A stretch of 64,000 nucleotides of DNA, from the IMG/VR virus record IMGVR_UViG_3300034283_002790, positions 1 to 64,000 of that record, one strand, 5' to 3'. Every line of letters starts with the position of its first letter. Position 1 is the first letter of the stretch. This stretch comes from a virus. Of the stretch, positions 47,252-56,982 are shown one piece after another. Below the pieces are notes generated by a model. The model had not been told where the DNA came from, searched no databases, and worked only from the letters and a program-made list of their open reading frames with translations. Position numbers and translations under genes: made by a program.

Positions 47252-47440
47252 ATGATAATTGTTAAAATCAAAAAAAAGGGAAATATTGAAAAGGCTTTGA
47301 AAGACCTTAAATCAAAGGTAATTAAAACAAGACAAAGTTCTGAACTTATGGAAAGAAAATATTTTCAGAAAAAATCAGTTAAGAAAAGAAATCAAATTAA
47401 TAAAGCAATTCACGTTCAAAAATTAAGACTTAAAGATTAA
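47252..47440 (+). CDS. rpsU: Phage-encoded 30S ribosomal protein bS21
   Basis: 62 aa, basic. NIEKALKDLKSK...ELMERKYFQKKSVKKR fits the bS21 pattern (I-E/D-x-ALKR...R..F.KPS..RR). Confidence 0.8.
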   Translation: MIIVKIKKKGNIEKALKDLKSKVIKTRQSSELMERKYFQKKSVKKRNQINKAIHVQKLRLKD

Positions 47441-48146
47441 GTTTCAATTGATTTAATTTATAATAATCTAATTTATTATAACTAACACTTTTTACTTTCT
47501 CGATCGTTTCATTCAATTTAATTTTTGTAACGTCATCAGATTCGGTTTCTAATAAGGTGTCTAACTTCTCTAAAACATCTTCTTTAATAATTTCAAATCT
47601 AACTTTTAAATCTTTGTCGGATTTAGACAATATCTTATTTAATTCTTTTTGTTCTGACTCGTTGAGGGATGAGATATATGTTTTAACAGTTTTGTTTGCT
47701 ACGTCAACCATTTCATTTAAAGATGCTTTAATGATTGGTTTAGGTTTTTCAGTATTTTTCATTAAAGATTCTGCAATTTGATTTTTGCTAACAACTTTAT
47801 TAATCATGTCGGTAACATTCTTTGAAAACAAATTGTCTAAATCTGCATATCTATTTTTTGTGTTTTGGGAACCAACCCAAAGTTTGATTTCGTTAATATT
47901 TTCACTAGAAATTTTGTTCACTAAATTTTCATACAATGTAATAGACTGGTTGATCAATTCATTTGCCAATTCTTTTGACAAACCTTTGTTAGTTGAAAGT
48001 TCTTCATATAAATAATATAATTTAGAGAGGTTTTTGTTTTTTAATATAAGTTCATCAAAAACAAACATGTCTCTTTTTAATGTATCATTTTTATATGACT
48101 CAATTAAAAGATCTTCTATTTTAGTTTTAAGAATACCAAATTTCAT
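47430..48146 (-). CDS. Hypothetical helical head-module protein, 238 aa
   Basis: Between the portal and protease genes; TATTTAT upstream. Confidence 0.7.
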   Translation of the reverse strand: MKFGILKTKIEDLLIESYKNDTLKRDMFVFDELILKNKNLSKLYYLYEELSTNKGLSKELANELINQSITLYENLVNKISSENINEIKLWVGSQNTKNRYADLDNLFSKNVTDMINKVVSKNQIAESLMKNTEKPKPIIKASLNEMVDVANKTVKTYISSLNESEQKELNKILSKSDKDLKVRFEIIKEDVLEKLDTLLETESDDVTKIKLNETIEKVKSVSYNKLDYYKLNQLKLNL

Positions 48147-48167
48147 AATAATTTTTTATTATAAATA

Positions 48168-49988
48168 TTATCTATTTAATAATTTTGATAATTCTTCCTC
48201 AATTATACCTAATCCATTTCCTGCTTTAGATAAATCAACAAAAGAATCACCTAATACATCATCACTTTCCAAAAGTATTTTTAAGTTGTCTTTTTTCTCA
48301 CCCTCAGGTAATCCCCCTGGTCCTTCACCTGGTGGTGGCGGAGGAGGTGGTCCCCCACCTCCCAGTAATCCTGGAGGAGGTCCTGATGGTCCTCCCGGTC
48401 CACCCCCTTCTGGTGGTGTTTCTGTACTTCCTGTAACTTGTTTATACAACTTATCTACATTGTCGAATAAACCAGTATGAGTAATTACAGTAGGAGTATT
48501 TGCCAATTCGGCAGCAACCGCTCTTTCTAATCTTTGTTGTTGGATATCGAGTTTGATTTCTTCATCAGAAAAACCAAAAATATGTTTTTTCGCCCAAGTC
48601 GCTGAAGTAGGTGCCAAAGAGTTTGGAATTTCAGTTACAAGATCTTTATAAAGTAATACTTTTTCTTTCCAAACATCTACCATTAATAAGTCCGCTTGTT
48701 TCGACGGATTTGTTAGACCAAGGGTGAAATTTTGTAATTCATCTTCAAACCCCAATAAAAACAAATGGACGATTGCAATCTTATTCAATTCTGCAATCAT
48801 TGCTTTTTGTATTTTATTAATAGTTCTTGCAAATCTAATATCTTGTAAGGACAGATTTTTTCCATCACCTACAACTTCTTCGAAACCTAAATATGCTTTT
48901 GGTACCCTAAGAGCCGTAACCAGTTTTTTCTGAATATATTCAATATCTGCAATTTCAGAAAGGTTAGTACCACCAGGAAGAGTTGTTATCGGTTCTGGGG
49001 CTGCCATATCTCTAACTGGAACAAAATAATCTTGATCTACCGCCATTTGATTAAATCTTAAATCAACATTTCCTGTATTTTTATCTACAATTTGATCTCG
49101 TTTGAATTTATTTGCAACTCTTTGTACGTATGGTTCAATATCTTTGTCATCCATATTTCCAACAAAAACTTTAAATATCCTTCTTTCGGGTGCTCTTGAT
49201 GTACGATAAATTAACATTGCATCTTCTGATAACATTAATTGTTTCCAAATTCGTCTGGCTTTTTCTAACATCGAGGTTCCATAAGGTAATTTCCTATCAT
49301 CACCCAACAAACGAAAGTGGGCGATCTCGAAAGAATTGAACTCCATATTTTTTGCTTTCCAATTGAACTTCAAACCTTTTGATTTAGGGTCTACTTCAGC
49401 ATTTACTGATTTTGCTTCCATTCCTCTTTCCAATCGTTCAATTTCAATATTTGGTAATTGCATACATCCAACAATACCTCTTTCAGGATCCAATTTTAAA
49501 TAAACAAAATTATCTCCATACTTACAAGTGTTTCTTGTCCACATTTGTAAATTAGTATTGATGTCCAGTGCATTATCGAACAAGTCAGTTAGTATTTGTC
49601 TGATCCTTTTGGACTCGGAATAAATTTGTAGGATTCTACCGTCTTGGTCTGCTGTTGTGGATTCTTCCGCATATATATCTAATGCTGTTGATATTTCTGG
49701 GGTAAACTCCATAGATTCATAATCATAAAATGAGGCTAATCTTGTTGGTTCGTAATAAACCGCTTGAGTATAAAGATTATTTTCAATTTTAGTCCATTGA
49801 CCGGATAAATATAAAGATTGTTGTGCTTGAAGTTTTTCTCTTTCGTATTCTTGTTTATCTGTTGTCCTAAGAAGAGTTTTTTTATCAATATTGTATGTTG
49901 GTAAATCCTGATTCAACATAGAATTTGGTCCTAGAGTTTGGGACAATCTTTGCCATAGAGTCAGATTCTGATTATTATTATTTTCCAT
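48168..49988 (-). CDS. Portal protein, T4 gp20-like, 606 aa
   Basis: EDAMLIYRTSRAPERRIFKVFVGN, DYFVP, ITTLPGGTNL, DIEYIQKKL..AL.VP. Confidence 0.95.
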   Translation of the reverse strand: MENNNNQNLTLWQRLSQTLGPNSMLNQDLPTYNIDKKTLLRTTDKQEYEREKLQAQQSLYLSGQWTKIENNLYTQAVYYEPTRLASFYDYESMEFTPEISTALDIYAEESTTADQDGRILQIYSESKRIRQILTDLFDNALDINTNLQMWTRNTCKYGDNFVYLKLDPERGIVGCMQLPNIEIERLERGMEAKSVNAEVDPKSKGLKFNWKAKNMEFNSFEIAHFRLLGDDRKLPYGTSMLEKARRIWKQLMLSEDAMLIYRTSRAPERRIFKVFVGNMDDKDIEPYVQRVANKFKRDQIVDKNTGNVDLRFNQMAVDQDYFVPVRDMAAPEPITTLPGGTNLSEIADIEYIQKKLVTALRVPKAYLGFEEVVGDGKNLSLQDIRFARTINKIQKAMIAELNKIAIVHLFLLGFEDELQNFTLGLTNPSKQADLLMVDVWKEKVLLYKDLVTEIPNSLAPTSATWAKKHIFGFSDEEIKLDIQQQRLERAVAAELANTPTVITHTGLFDNVDKLYKQVTGSTETPPEGGGPGGPSGPPPGLLGGGGPPPPPPPGEGPGGLPEGEKKDNLKILLESDDVLGDSFVDLSKAGNGLGIIEEELSKLLNR

Positions 49989-50037
49989 GTATTAAAGTTA
50001 AGTTCTTAAATAAATATTTCAATAGTTTAAACATAAA

Positions 50038-50244
50038 TTATACTCTCGTGGGTGTTGGTGTGGGTGAGGGTATTGGAGTTGGAGTTGGTGTGGATGAGGG
50101 TGTCGGGGTGGGATAAACTCGATTTTCCCTTGTATCTTTTTTTAAATCGGGAGGAAATATTTTGGAAGGATATGGGGGCACACCTTCCACGATTAACTTG
50201 GAGTTAAGTAAAATGTTTGTTCTCCTTCTAAATGTTAATCCCAT
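50038..50244 (-). CDS. Small protein with a PT-repeat tail, 68 aa
   Basis: Fits between the terminase and portal genes on the same strand. Confidence 0.5.
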   Translation of the reverse strand: MGLTFRRRTNILLNSKLIVEGVPPYPSKIFPPDLKKDTRENRVYPTPTPSSTPTPTPIPSPTPTPTRV

Positions 50245-50249
50245 ATCTA

Positions 50250-52022
50250 TTAATTTTTACCAAATAACCAACCATATTTTTCATAGTCTTGTCTGCTTGG
50301 TCCACTATTATTTCTGTTATATCTATCGTTACTGACGTTCATGTTAGGAATTGCCGGATCAAAATGCATTTGTTTAGAAACATTATCATTTGAACTTATT
50401 GTCCAAGACTCCAACATAACTTTTGTTTGTTCAGTAACTTTTTCTAATTTTGCAAACGACGATTCACCAACATAAAGTGCCATTGATATTCCCATTATCA
50501 AGTCGTCATGTTGACCTTTTTGATGATCTGGTCTTCCATTTACATATACAAAGGTGTTCATTTCATTGTAAAGTCGAACACTTCTAATTTTAAATTTGTG
50601 TCTGACAGATTCTTCAAATGCCGCAATAATTTGAACTCTTTTAGAATTAAAATTAATTCCTGGGATTTTTTCTCCGACTCTTGGATTATAAGACCAAGGA
50701 TTGAGAGTGTCAACCCCATCTATGTATAGATTTTTATACCCTAATTCTTGAAGTTTTCTTACTGTGGTGATTCCCATCCCCCCGGTAATATCAACTACGA
50801 TAAAAGTACTATACATAACGCCCCATTTATATGCTATTTCCGCCAATGTGTCCGGGGGTATTTTTCCAACGTATTCTAAAACTTGTTCTCTATCGTCAAA
50901 ATCAACTATCTGAATTGAGGAAAAATCTTCACTATCACCACGAGAAACATCAATACCCATTATATATCGATGTCCTTGTATTGGTTCTTTCCAAATCCAA
51001 AGAGAATTACCCATTAATTTAGTTGTGGGTTCTTGTAATGAATCGTTTTTTATTTGGTCTAATTGAAGTGCGTCGAAAACATTATCCCCAGAACCTAAAA
51101 ATTCACAATTTAATTCTTGGTTTATTTTTCTTTTATCATATTTAAGTTTTTTGACCATTTTTTCATACCATGTAGAACAAGGTTTGTATCCTTGACTGAA
51201 AAAATGTTGTAATTCTTCATAGTCTCTTTCATAAGCACTTACATGGGAAAATGAAATATTTTTTGACTCATCATAATCTTCTCTATTCAAAAGGTAATGA
51301 ACAATGTCATCTGTAGGTACAAGATAAAGGTCTTTTGTATATCTTGGATCCCTGTACCAGAACATTTCAGAAATCTTAAATTGATTCATTCCCTTTAATG
51401 CCTGATCATAGATTTCGTAATAAATTGGATCATATCCATTTGGAGTAGAAATAACAATTACTTTACCCCCTGTTGATAATGATGCCATACACGCAGCCCA
51501 GAAATCATTGTCGGCCTCGATAAAAGCGGCCTCATCGAAAACTAGAATAGTTGGTGTAAAACCACGTAAAGCGTCTTTTGAGGTTGCAACTGCCTTAACT
51601 TCAGATCCATTAACCAACTTATAATGTCTTTGTGAATTTTTTTCGGGTGCAAAACCAGCACCAACCCAACTTGGCCATTGGTCAATAAAGGCTCTGATTT
51701 TATTTGCCATTTCTTGTGAAGTGTCAAGTTTGTTTGCAATAATCAGAATTTTTTCTGGTTGTATTTTTTTTGCAAATACCAACCTTTTTGAAATCCAAGC
51801 CGCGGTTACGGTCGAAACACCTGCTTGCCTATATTTCAATGCAATATTTTCTTCATATTCCTCATAATCATTCAATAATGATACCTGATCTGGAAAAAGT
51901 TCTAATGGTACATAACGAGAAACCGTATTATCATAAGTTTGTAAATACGTTCTTAATGCGTAAGGTGTATTTTTCATACACTTCGCATATTCTAACATTA
52001 CTTGTTCTTTAGATAAACCCAT
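50250..52022 (-). CDS. Terminase large subunit, T4 gp17-like, 590 aa
   Basis: KYRQAGVST (Walker A variant), LVFDEAAF (Walker B), ISTPNG, GIDVSRG, HDDLIM. Confidence 0.95.
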   Translation of the reverse strand: MGLSKEQVMLEYAKCMKNTPYALRTYLQTYDNTVSRYVPLELFPDQVSLLNDYEEYEENIALKYRQAGVSTVTAAWISKRLVFAKKIQPEKILIIANKLDTSQEMANKIRAFIDQWPSWVGAGFAPEKNSQRHYKLVNGSEVKAVATSKDALRGFTPTILVFDEAAFIEADNDFWAACMASLSTGGKVIVISTPNGYDPIYYEIYDQALKGMNQFKISEMFWYRDPRYTKDLYLVPTDDIVHYLLNREDYDESKNISFSHVSAYERDYEELQHFFSQGYKPCSTWYEKMVKKLKYDKRKINQELNCEFLGSGDNVFDALQLDQIKNDSLQEPTTKLMGNSLWIWKEPIQGHRYIMGIDVSRGDSEDFSSIQIVDFDDREQVLEYVGKIPPDTLAEIAYKWGVMYSTFIVVDITGGMGITTVRKLQELGYKNLYIDGVDTLNPWSYNPRVGEKIPGINFNSKRVQIIAAFEESVRHKFKIRSVRLYNEMNTFVYVNGRPDHQKGQHDDLIMGISMALYVGESSFAKLEKVTEQTKVMLESWTISSNDNVSKQMHFDPAIPNMNVSNDRYNRNNSGPSRQDYEKYGWLFGKN

Positions 52023-52039
52023 TTTCTATAAATATAAAA

Positions 52040-52077
52040 CCCCCTAATTATTTTTAAATAAAAGGGGGTCCTGTTTT
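52040..52077 (-). terminator. Probable terminator downstream of the 462-aa gene
   Basis: ACCCCCT...AGGGGGT stem. Confidence 0.45.
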
Positions 52078-52107
52078 TTTATTTATTAAATTTTTTAGAC
52101 AAATCTT

Positions 52108-53496
52108 TTAGTAATCGTTTTCTTCATCATCTTGACCATAACTATCATAAATTCTTACCGCTTCATCATAGAATTCTCTAAATTGTTTTTTTGCACGTTC
52201 ATTATCCGAAGGATTTTCAGACATAATATTATTTACAAGTTTGTGAAATGCCTCCACTTCCATACCATAAAACAATTTTTTGAAATCTATAACATATTTG
52301 AAACCTTGAGGTTCTCCTAGTTCTGTTGGTATTAAAACATTTAGTTTTTGTTGTAATTTCATCAACCTGAAATTCATGGGTTCATTTTGTAATGTATCAG
52401 TTTGCGAAATAATATCGGTCGCAGTTCCGGGATCCATATCTTTCCATTGACTTCTAGCGGGTAGCATTTCAAAAACCTTAAAAAGTTCATGTAATAAAAT
52501 TGGAAAAATTAATCCATTTGCTTCCCAGGTTTGGATACCCTCTCTAGAATCTTGTTCATCTTCATCTTCATCCTCATCATCAGAATCTGGTAAATTAATA
52601 TTATTTAATTTTTTCGCCGAACCAGAGGCATTTCCACCTAACATTTCTATTAAATCTTCATTCATAAAATACATTAAATCATTTGCCGACATAATTTTAT
52701 TATATAAACTAAAAAGTTCAGGATTAATTGCGTCTAATTGATTTTTGTAATAGAGATAGTAAAATTGACCTCTCTTTCCAGCAGCACCAATGAAAATATT
52801 AATTACATTCCTTTTATCAATTTCTAATTGTTTTTTTTCTTCTGGAGTTAACTCATCAATATCGAAAGAAAAATTTGGTGGTATAGGGAGTGGTGTATTT
52901 TCTTTTGGTGTCATTTGGAATTGTTCGGGTGAAATGGGTTGTTCAGAACCAAAATATGTTAAAAGATTAATATCAGGTAACAAATACAATTTTCCCCCCT
53001 CATAATCCATTTTTTCAATAGTTCCGTCTTCCAAACCTTGTTTGAGAGTGACTGGGTCATTCGCATAAAATATTACGTTACCATTTTCATCCTTGATGTC
53101 TTCTTGTCTAACCGGCATCCATCCTTGGAATGTAGAAGCAATCTCAACTGCCAAATCACGTAATTTTTCTTTATTTCCAGATTCGATTGATAAGACTCGT
53201 CTTAAAGCGGATTGAAAATCAGTCATGATTGCGGAAGTTAAAGTAGTCCCTCTGAAATCTCCTTGGATATTATAATATTCTTTTACTTTATCAACCACTT
53301 CTTTGAACCTTTCTGAAGCCAAGTTTTCAACATCTGAAATACCTCTTTTAAATGATTTGTTTTTAGCATATATTCCCTCTGGATCTTCAATTTTTTGTTG
53401 GGATCTTGGGTGTGGTCTTTCTTGATAGTCACCAAAATCCATCGGTGCCTCCAACATCACTTTTCTAATCGCTCTTCTAATTCTTGCGTTCATCAT
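52108..53496 (-). CDS. Hypothetical protein, possibly head-internal, 462 aa
   Basis: N-terminal IRRAIRKVMLE helix; acidic C terminus. Confidence 0.7.
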   Translation of the reverse strand: MMNARIRRAIRKVMLEAPMDFGDYQERPHPRSQQKIEDPEGIYAKNKSFKRGISDVENLASERFKEVVDKVKEYYNIQGDFRGTTLTSAIMTDFQSALRRVLSIESGNKEKLRDLAVEIASTFQGWMPVRQEDIKDENGNVIFYANDPVTLKQGLEDGTIEKMDYEGGKLYLLPDINLLTYFGSEQPISPEQFQMTPKENTPLPIPPNFSFDIDELTPEEKKQLEIDKRNVINIFIGAAGKRGQFYYLYYKNQLDAINPELFSLYNKIMSANDLMYFMNEDLIEMLGGNASGSAKKLNNINLPDSDDEDEDEDEQDSREGIQTWEANGLIFPILLHELFKVFEMLPARSQWKDMDPGTATDIISQTDTLQNEPMNFRLMKLQQKLNVLIPTELGEPQGFKYVIDFKKLFYGMEVEAFHKLVNNIMSENPSDNERAKKQFREFYDEAVRIYDSYGQDDEENDY

Positions 53497-54217
53497 AACC
53501 TAAATTTTTAAAAACATTATTTAATGCAAACATGAAATCATTTTTTTCAAGTCCAGAATCTGTTTCAGACATTTCTTTACCCATAGAAAAAACTTTTCCA
53601 ATTGGTTTTTTCATTTTCTGAGTTTTACCAATTTTATTCTGTATCGAAGACATAATTTCTTTTTTGGACATTTTAGGTGTAAGATAACTTTCAACCATTT
53701 CCACAATAGAATCTTCCAAAAATTTTTCAGTAACCTCATCTTTGTTCTGAGGCATTGTCTCATAATCTTTTTTAGTTGTTTTACTAGAAAATTCTTTTGC
53801 TAATGAACACCACTTACAGTTTTTATTTTTACACTTGTTACAACGTGCCCAAAATAAACCTTGTTGATCTTTAGATTGGAATTTTTCTGTTACCTCATTT
53901 TTATTTGAATCCATTGATAAAGCGACTGCTGTATTGGGATCTATCTTACCGGATGCCTCTAAACCCACGGCTAAGTCTTCCATACCATTTTCTTCCAAAT
54001 TCGTTTTGACATTACCGGCATCGTCCATAATCCCTTGATTTTTTGCAAAAGCAACATCTTTAGGATTTTTTGGGTCAATTTTTATTTCAACCTCGTTTCT
54101 TTCTTTTTTAGAATATTTTTCCGATAAAAGTTTTATTTGGTTCACATTTAACTTGGAAACAAAACTCAGAGGTAACCCACCCTCCAAAAGAATTTTTATA
54201 CTATTTTTAATGTTCAT
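53477..54217 (-). CDS. Hypothetical protein with a CxxC-x4-CxxC motif, 246 aa
   Basis: MNIKNSIKILLE start; FWARCNKCKNKNCKWC. Confidence 0.7.
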   Translation of the reverse strand: MNIKNSIKILLEGGLPLSFVSKLNVNQIKLLSEKYSKKERNEVEIKIDPKNPKDVAFAKNQGIMDDAGNVKTNLEENGMEDLAVGLEASGKIDPNTAVALSMDSNKNEVTEKFQSKDQQGLFWARCNKCKNKNCKWCSLAKEFSSKTTKKDYETMPQNKDEVTEKFLEDSIVEMVESYLTPKMSKKEIMSSIQNKIGKTQKMKKPIGKVFSMGKEMSETDSGLEKNDFMFALNNVFKNLGYDERKN

Positions 54218-54614
54218 ATACTACTTTTTTTTCAAATTCTAAGACAATGTCTCTTTCATAAAGTTTATCTTTTATTTGTTGTTCTTCCTCGCCAAAGTGA
54301 AAAACTAGTCTTTTTGTTATCGAAAAATCAAGATTATCGTTTTCTTTTTCCCAACCCAATGCTAATACACCATCCATACAATCAACAACAGAAAAAACAT
54401 CAGAATCTTGAACTAAATCAAAGGATATACCCCCCTTATTTAGTACGCCCACTCTAGTAATGTATTCAATGTCAGGTGGATGTGGATATCCATTCGCTGG
54501 TCTAGATTCCCAATTTTCACCCCACACTTCTTTAGTTTCTGAAAATATAAATTCATAAATGTTGTCACCTTTAAAATTAGGACCAAGTCCATTTATGTAT
54601 ATTAAATAATTCAC
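54207..54614 (-). CDS. Hypothetical protein, 135 aa
   Basis: Overlapping start and stop codons in the operon. Confidence 0.7.
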   Translation of the reverse strand: MNYLIYINGLGPNFKGDNIYEFIFSETKEVWGENWESRPANGYPHPPDIEYITRVGVLNKGGISFDLVQDSDVFSVVDCMDGVLALGWEKENDNLDFSITKRLVFHFGEEEQQIKDKLYERDIVLEFEKKVVYEH

Positions 54615-56122
54615 AAAATATTTCCTTTGGGGGTTATTTTAAATTCTCTGTTACTAGTTCTAAAAACTAAATTATTTTTGTTAGTTTTCCCCATGAATGT
54701 TGCGTGTGGGAATTTTTCCATCAATTTAATCGCATTTCTTTCTTGGGACACACTTTCAGATAATTGTTGAATTCTATTTTTTTGTTTATCTGTGTTATCA
54801 AAATATTTGGAAATTATTGAGTCAACTGTAGTTGATTCCATGAATCTATTTTTCTCGAATGTGCGATTCCTTTTTCTAGCCCCATGTTTAATGTGTTGTT
54901 TTTCACCAGTACCTTCACACCAATCACACATTGCATCTGTTTTTTCATCATGACCTGAACCATTACAATGATCACACACATCTACTTCAAAATCACCAAA
55001 TTCATCTAATTCACCCATTTTTTTCATCATCTCACCTTGGTGTTTCATAGACACTGACTTACCAATTGCACTACCCAAATTCATAGTTTCCATCATTTCA
55101 CCACCTGTGGGGGGAGTTGGTATTGGTGGTGTCACCGAACCATCGAGACCTAATTTTGACATGTCATAATCCATATCTTCTTCTGGTACTTTTCTTGAAT
55201 TTTCCGTATCTTCAATTCCTTCTTCACTAGAGAACTCGTCGTCAGAATCTGATTCTTCATCATTACCTTCTAATTTATTTAAGATATCATCAACATCATC
55301 ATCAGATAACTTAGTTAAATCCAAAGAAGATAATACTGAGTTAATAACCCACTTTACATTATCTGTCGTCATTGCTTCTTCATCCTCAGAAGAAAATTGT
55401 CTAATTTTCTGAGTCAATTTACCAACCATTTTTTGAATGGATTTATAAGTAACAACTTCTTCACCCTCGTTTGATCCCATCTCGGAACTATCCGGTTCTG
55501 GTGTTTCAAAATCAAAATCAGTTTCTTCGGTATCAGTTGTTTCTTCCGTACCTATTTCTGATCCTAAATCTGTTCCCATATCTGTTCCCATTTCAGGAGA
55601 TGGTGTTGTGTCCATCGCTGGTTCTGGTGCGGGTGCTGGAGGAGCAGGAACTGGAGGTGGAACTTGTGCTTGTGGTTGGGGTTTTGGTTTAGGAGTTGGT
55701 GCTCCTTGTTCACTCATTTCAGATTTTTTATATTTTAAAAAATATTTGTTTTTTTGACGTTCCTCAATTTCGTTTTCAAAAATGTTTGTACCGACAGTAT
55801 TTTCATTAACCATGTTTAACTCTTTGGCCATGAAATTTAATTTTTTAAGTGCGGTTGAGTAAGAACCAAAGTATTCCCTATTTTTCATTGGGGATATATA
55901 TTCACTATGCGATTCGTTTAATTTTCTTTTAATAACATAACCACCTTTTTCTTTTTCAATTTGGTATGTGTTTCCGTCCGCTAATTCTACAGAATAATTG
56001 ACAGAACTTGATTCATTTACATTTTGTGGAACGTTCTCATTGTATCGTGCAATTTGCATAATACGATTAATTTTTTCCATTCCTTGAAGTTTTTCACTTC
56101 CTACAGGTCTAAATCCTCCCAT
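54611..56122 (-). CDS. Hypothetical acidic, low-complexity protein with a DnaJ-type CxxCxGxG pair, 503 aa
   Basis: CDHCNGSG...CDWCEGTG; Pro-rich and acidic linkers. Confidence 0.7.
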   Translation of the reverse strand: MGGFRPVGSEKLQGMEKINRIMQIARYNENVPQNVNESSSVNYSVELADGNTYQIEKEKGGYVIKRKLNESHSEYISPMKNREYFGSYSTALKKLNFMAKELNMVNENTVGTNIFENEIEERQKNKYFLKYKKSEMSEQGAPTPKPKPQPQAQVPPPVPAPPAPAPEPAMDTTPSPEMGTDMGTDLGSEIGTEETTDTEETDFDFETPEPDSSEMGSNEGEEVVTYKSIQKMVGKLTQKIRQFSSEDEEAMTTDNVKWVINSVLSSLDLTKLSDDDVDDILNKLEGNDEESDSDDEFSSEEGIEDTENSRKVPEEDMDYDMSKLGLDGSVTPPIPTPPTGGEMMETMNLGSAIGKSVSMKHQGEMMKKMGELDEFGDFEVDVCDHCNGSGHDEKTDAMCDWCEGTGEKQHIKHGARKRNRTFEKNRFMESTTVDSIISKYFDNTDKQKNRIQQLSESVSQERNAIKLMEKFPHATFMGKTNKNNLVFRTSNREFKITPKGNIL

Positions 56123-56199
56123 AATGTTTTTTTGTTTTTTAGATTAATTTTTTCTTTATAAATATAGCGATAAATATAATTATGTGGATATGTTAGATA

Positions 56200-56961
56200 T
56201 TATTGTTTCATGGACAATTTTTTATCTATCATTTTAGTTGGGTAATCATAGAGTTTTTCAATGTAACCGTTTCTCCTAAGAACTTTGAAAACTAAATTTT
56301 CTAAACTCATCTCCCCACCTTTTTCAAGACCACAGTTCCTGAACTTTTTTAATTTTTCTTTATATTTTTTAATCAAGTCCTTAATTTCCTCTGGGTCCTC
56401 ATCCTCAATATTATCCAAAACACCATCAATTATAGACATCCATTGTCTTGATTTTTCCTTCAAAAGTTCGAAATCAATTTGGTCAGAACTTTCTTTTTTT
56501 GGAACACTAATCCATTCGTCAAATAATATAGAATAAACCCCACTACTGAACGTTGTTTCTTTTTCGCTCTGAACAAAACATTCAACGTCATAACCAAAAA
56601 ATTTAATATTGTGTTTTTGATTGAAAATAACTTTTTTGAGATCAAAAAATTCCACGTAAAGTTCCTTTTGGTTTTCAGCAAATTGATCATAATCAACAAC
56701 CACATGAAGATCTATATCGGAATATTCGGACCAATTGTAATTTACTAAAGATCCGATAATAATTAAATCAGAAATTACAACGTCAACTCCCAAAAATGAA
56801 ATAAATTGATTTGAAATTTCTAATAATTTTTCTCTTACTTCGGGTCGTATTTTATAATTTTCCGCACTATCTGTTTTAGAACCTTTTTTATCGAGATACC
56901 AAACTTTGGAATTTAGGTCTTTTTTTGGTATAAAACTTTTAAGCAATTCTTTTTCCATCAA
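56200..56961 (-). CDS. Pol-beta superfamily nucleotidyltransferase, 253 aa
   Basis: IIGSLVNYNW..YSDIDLHVV (hG[S]-x-DxD) and a third acidic residue in YDVECFV. Confidence 0.8.
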   Translation of the reverse strand: MMEKELLKSFIPKKDLNSKVWYLDKKGSKTDSAENYKIRPEVREKLLEISNQFISFLGVDVVISDLIIIGSLVNYNWSEYSDIDLHVVVDYDQFAENQKELYVEFFDLKKVIFNQKHNIKFFGYDVECFVQSEKETTFSSGVYSILFDEWISVPKKESSDQIDFELLKEKSRQWMSIIDGVLDNIEDEDPEEIKDLIKKYKEKLKKFRNCGLEKGGEMSLENLVFKVLRRNGYIEKLYDYPTKMIDKKLSMKQ

Positions 56962-56982
56962 TAATAAATACCAAAATATTCA

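Noticed and set aside
44398-52012. Short antisense ORFs over the scaffold, portal and terminase genes (e.g. 45175..45588, 48034..48480)
   Set aside because: They lie fully opposite well-supported genes, and their composition mirrors the sense-strand low-complexity segments.
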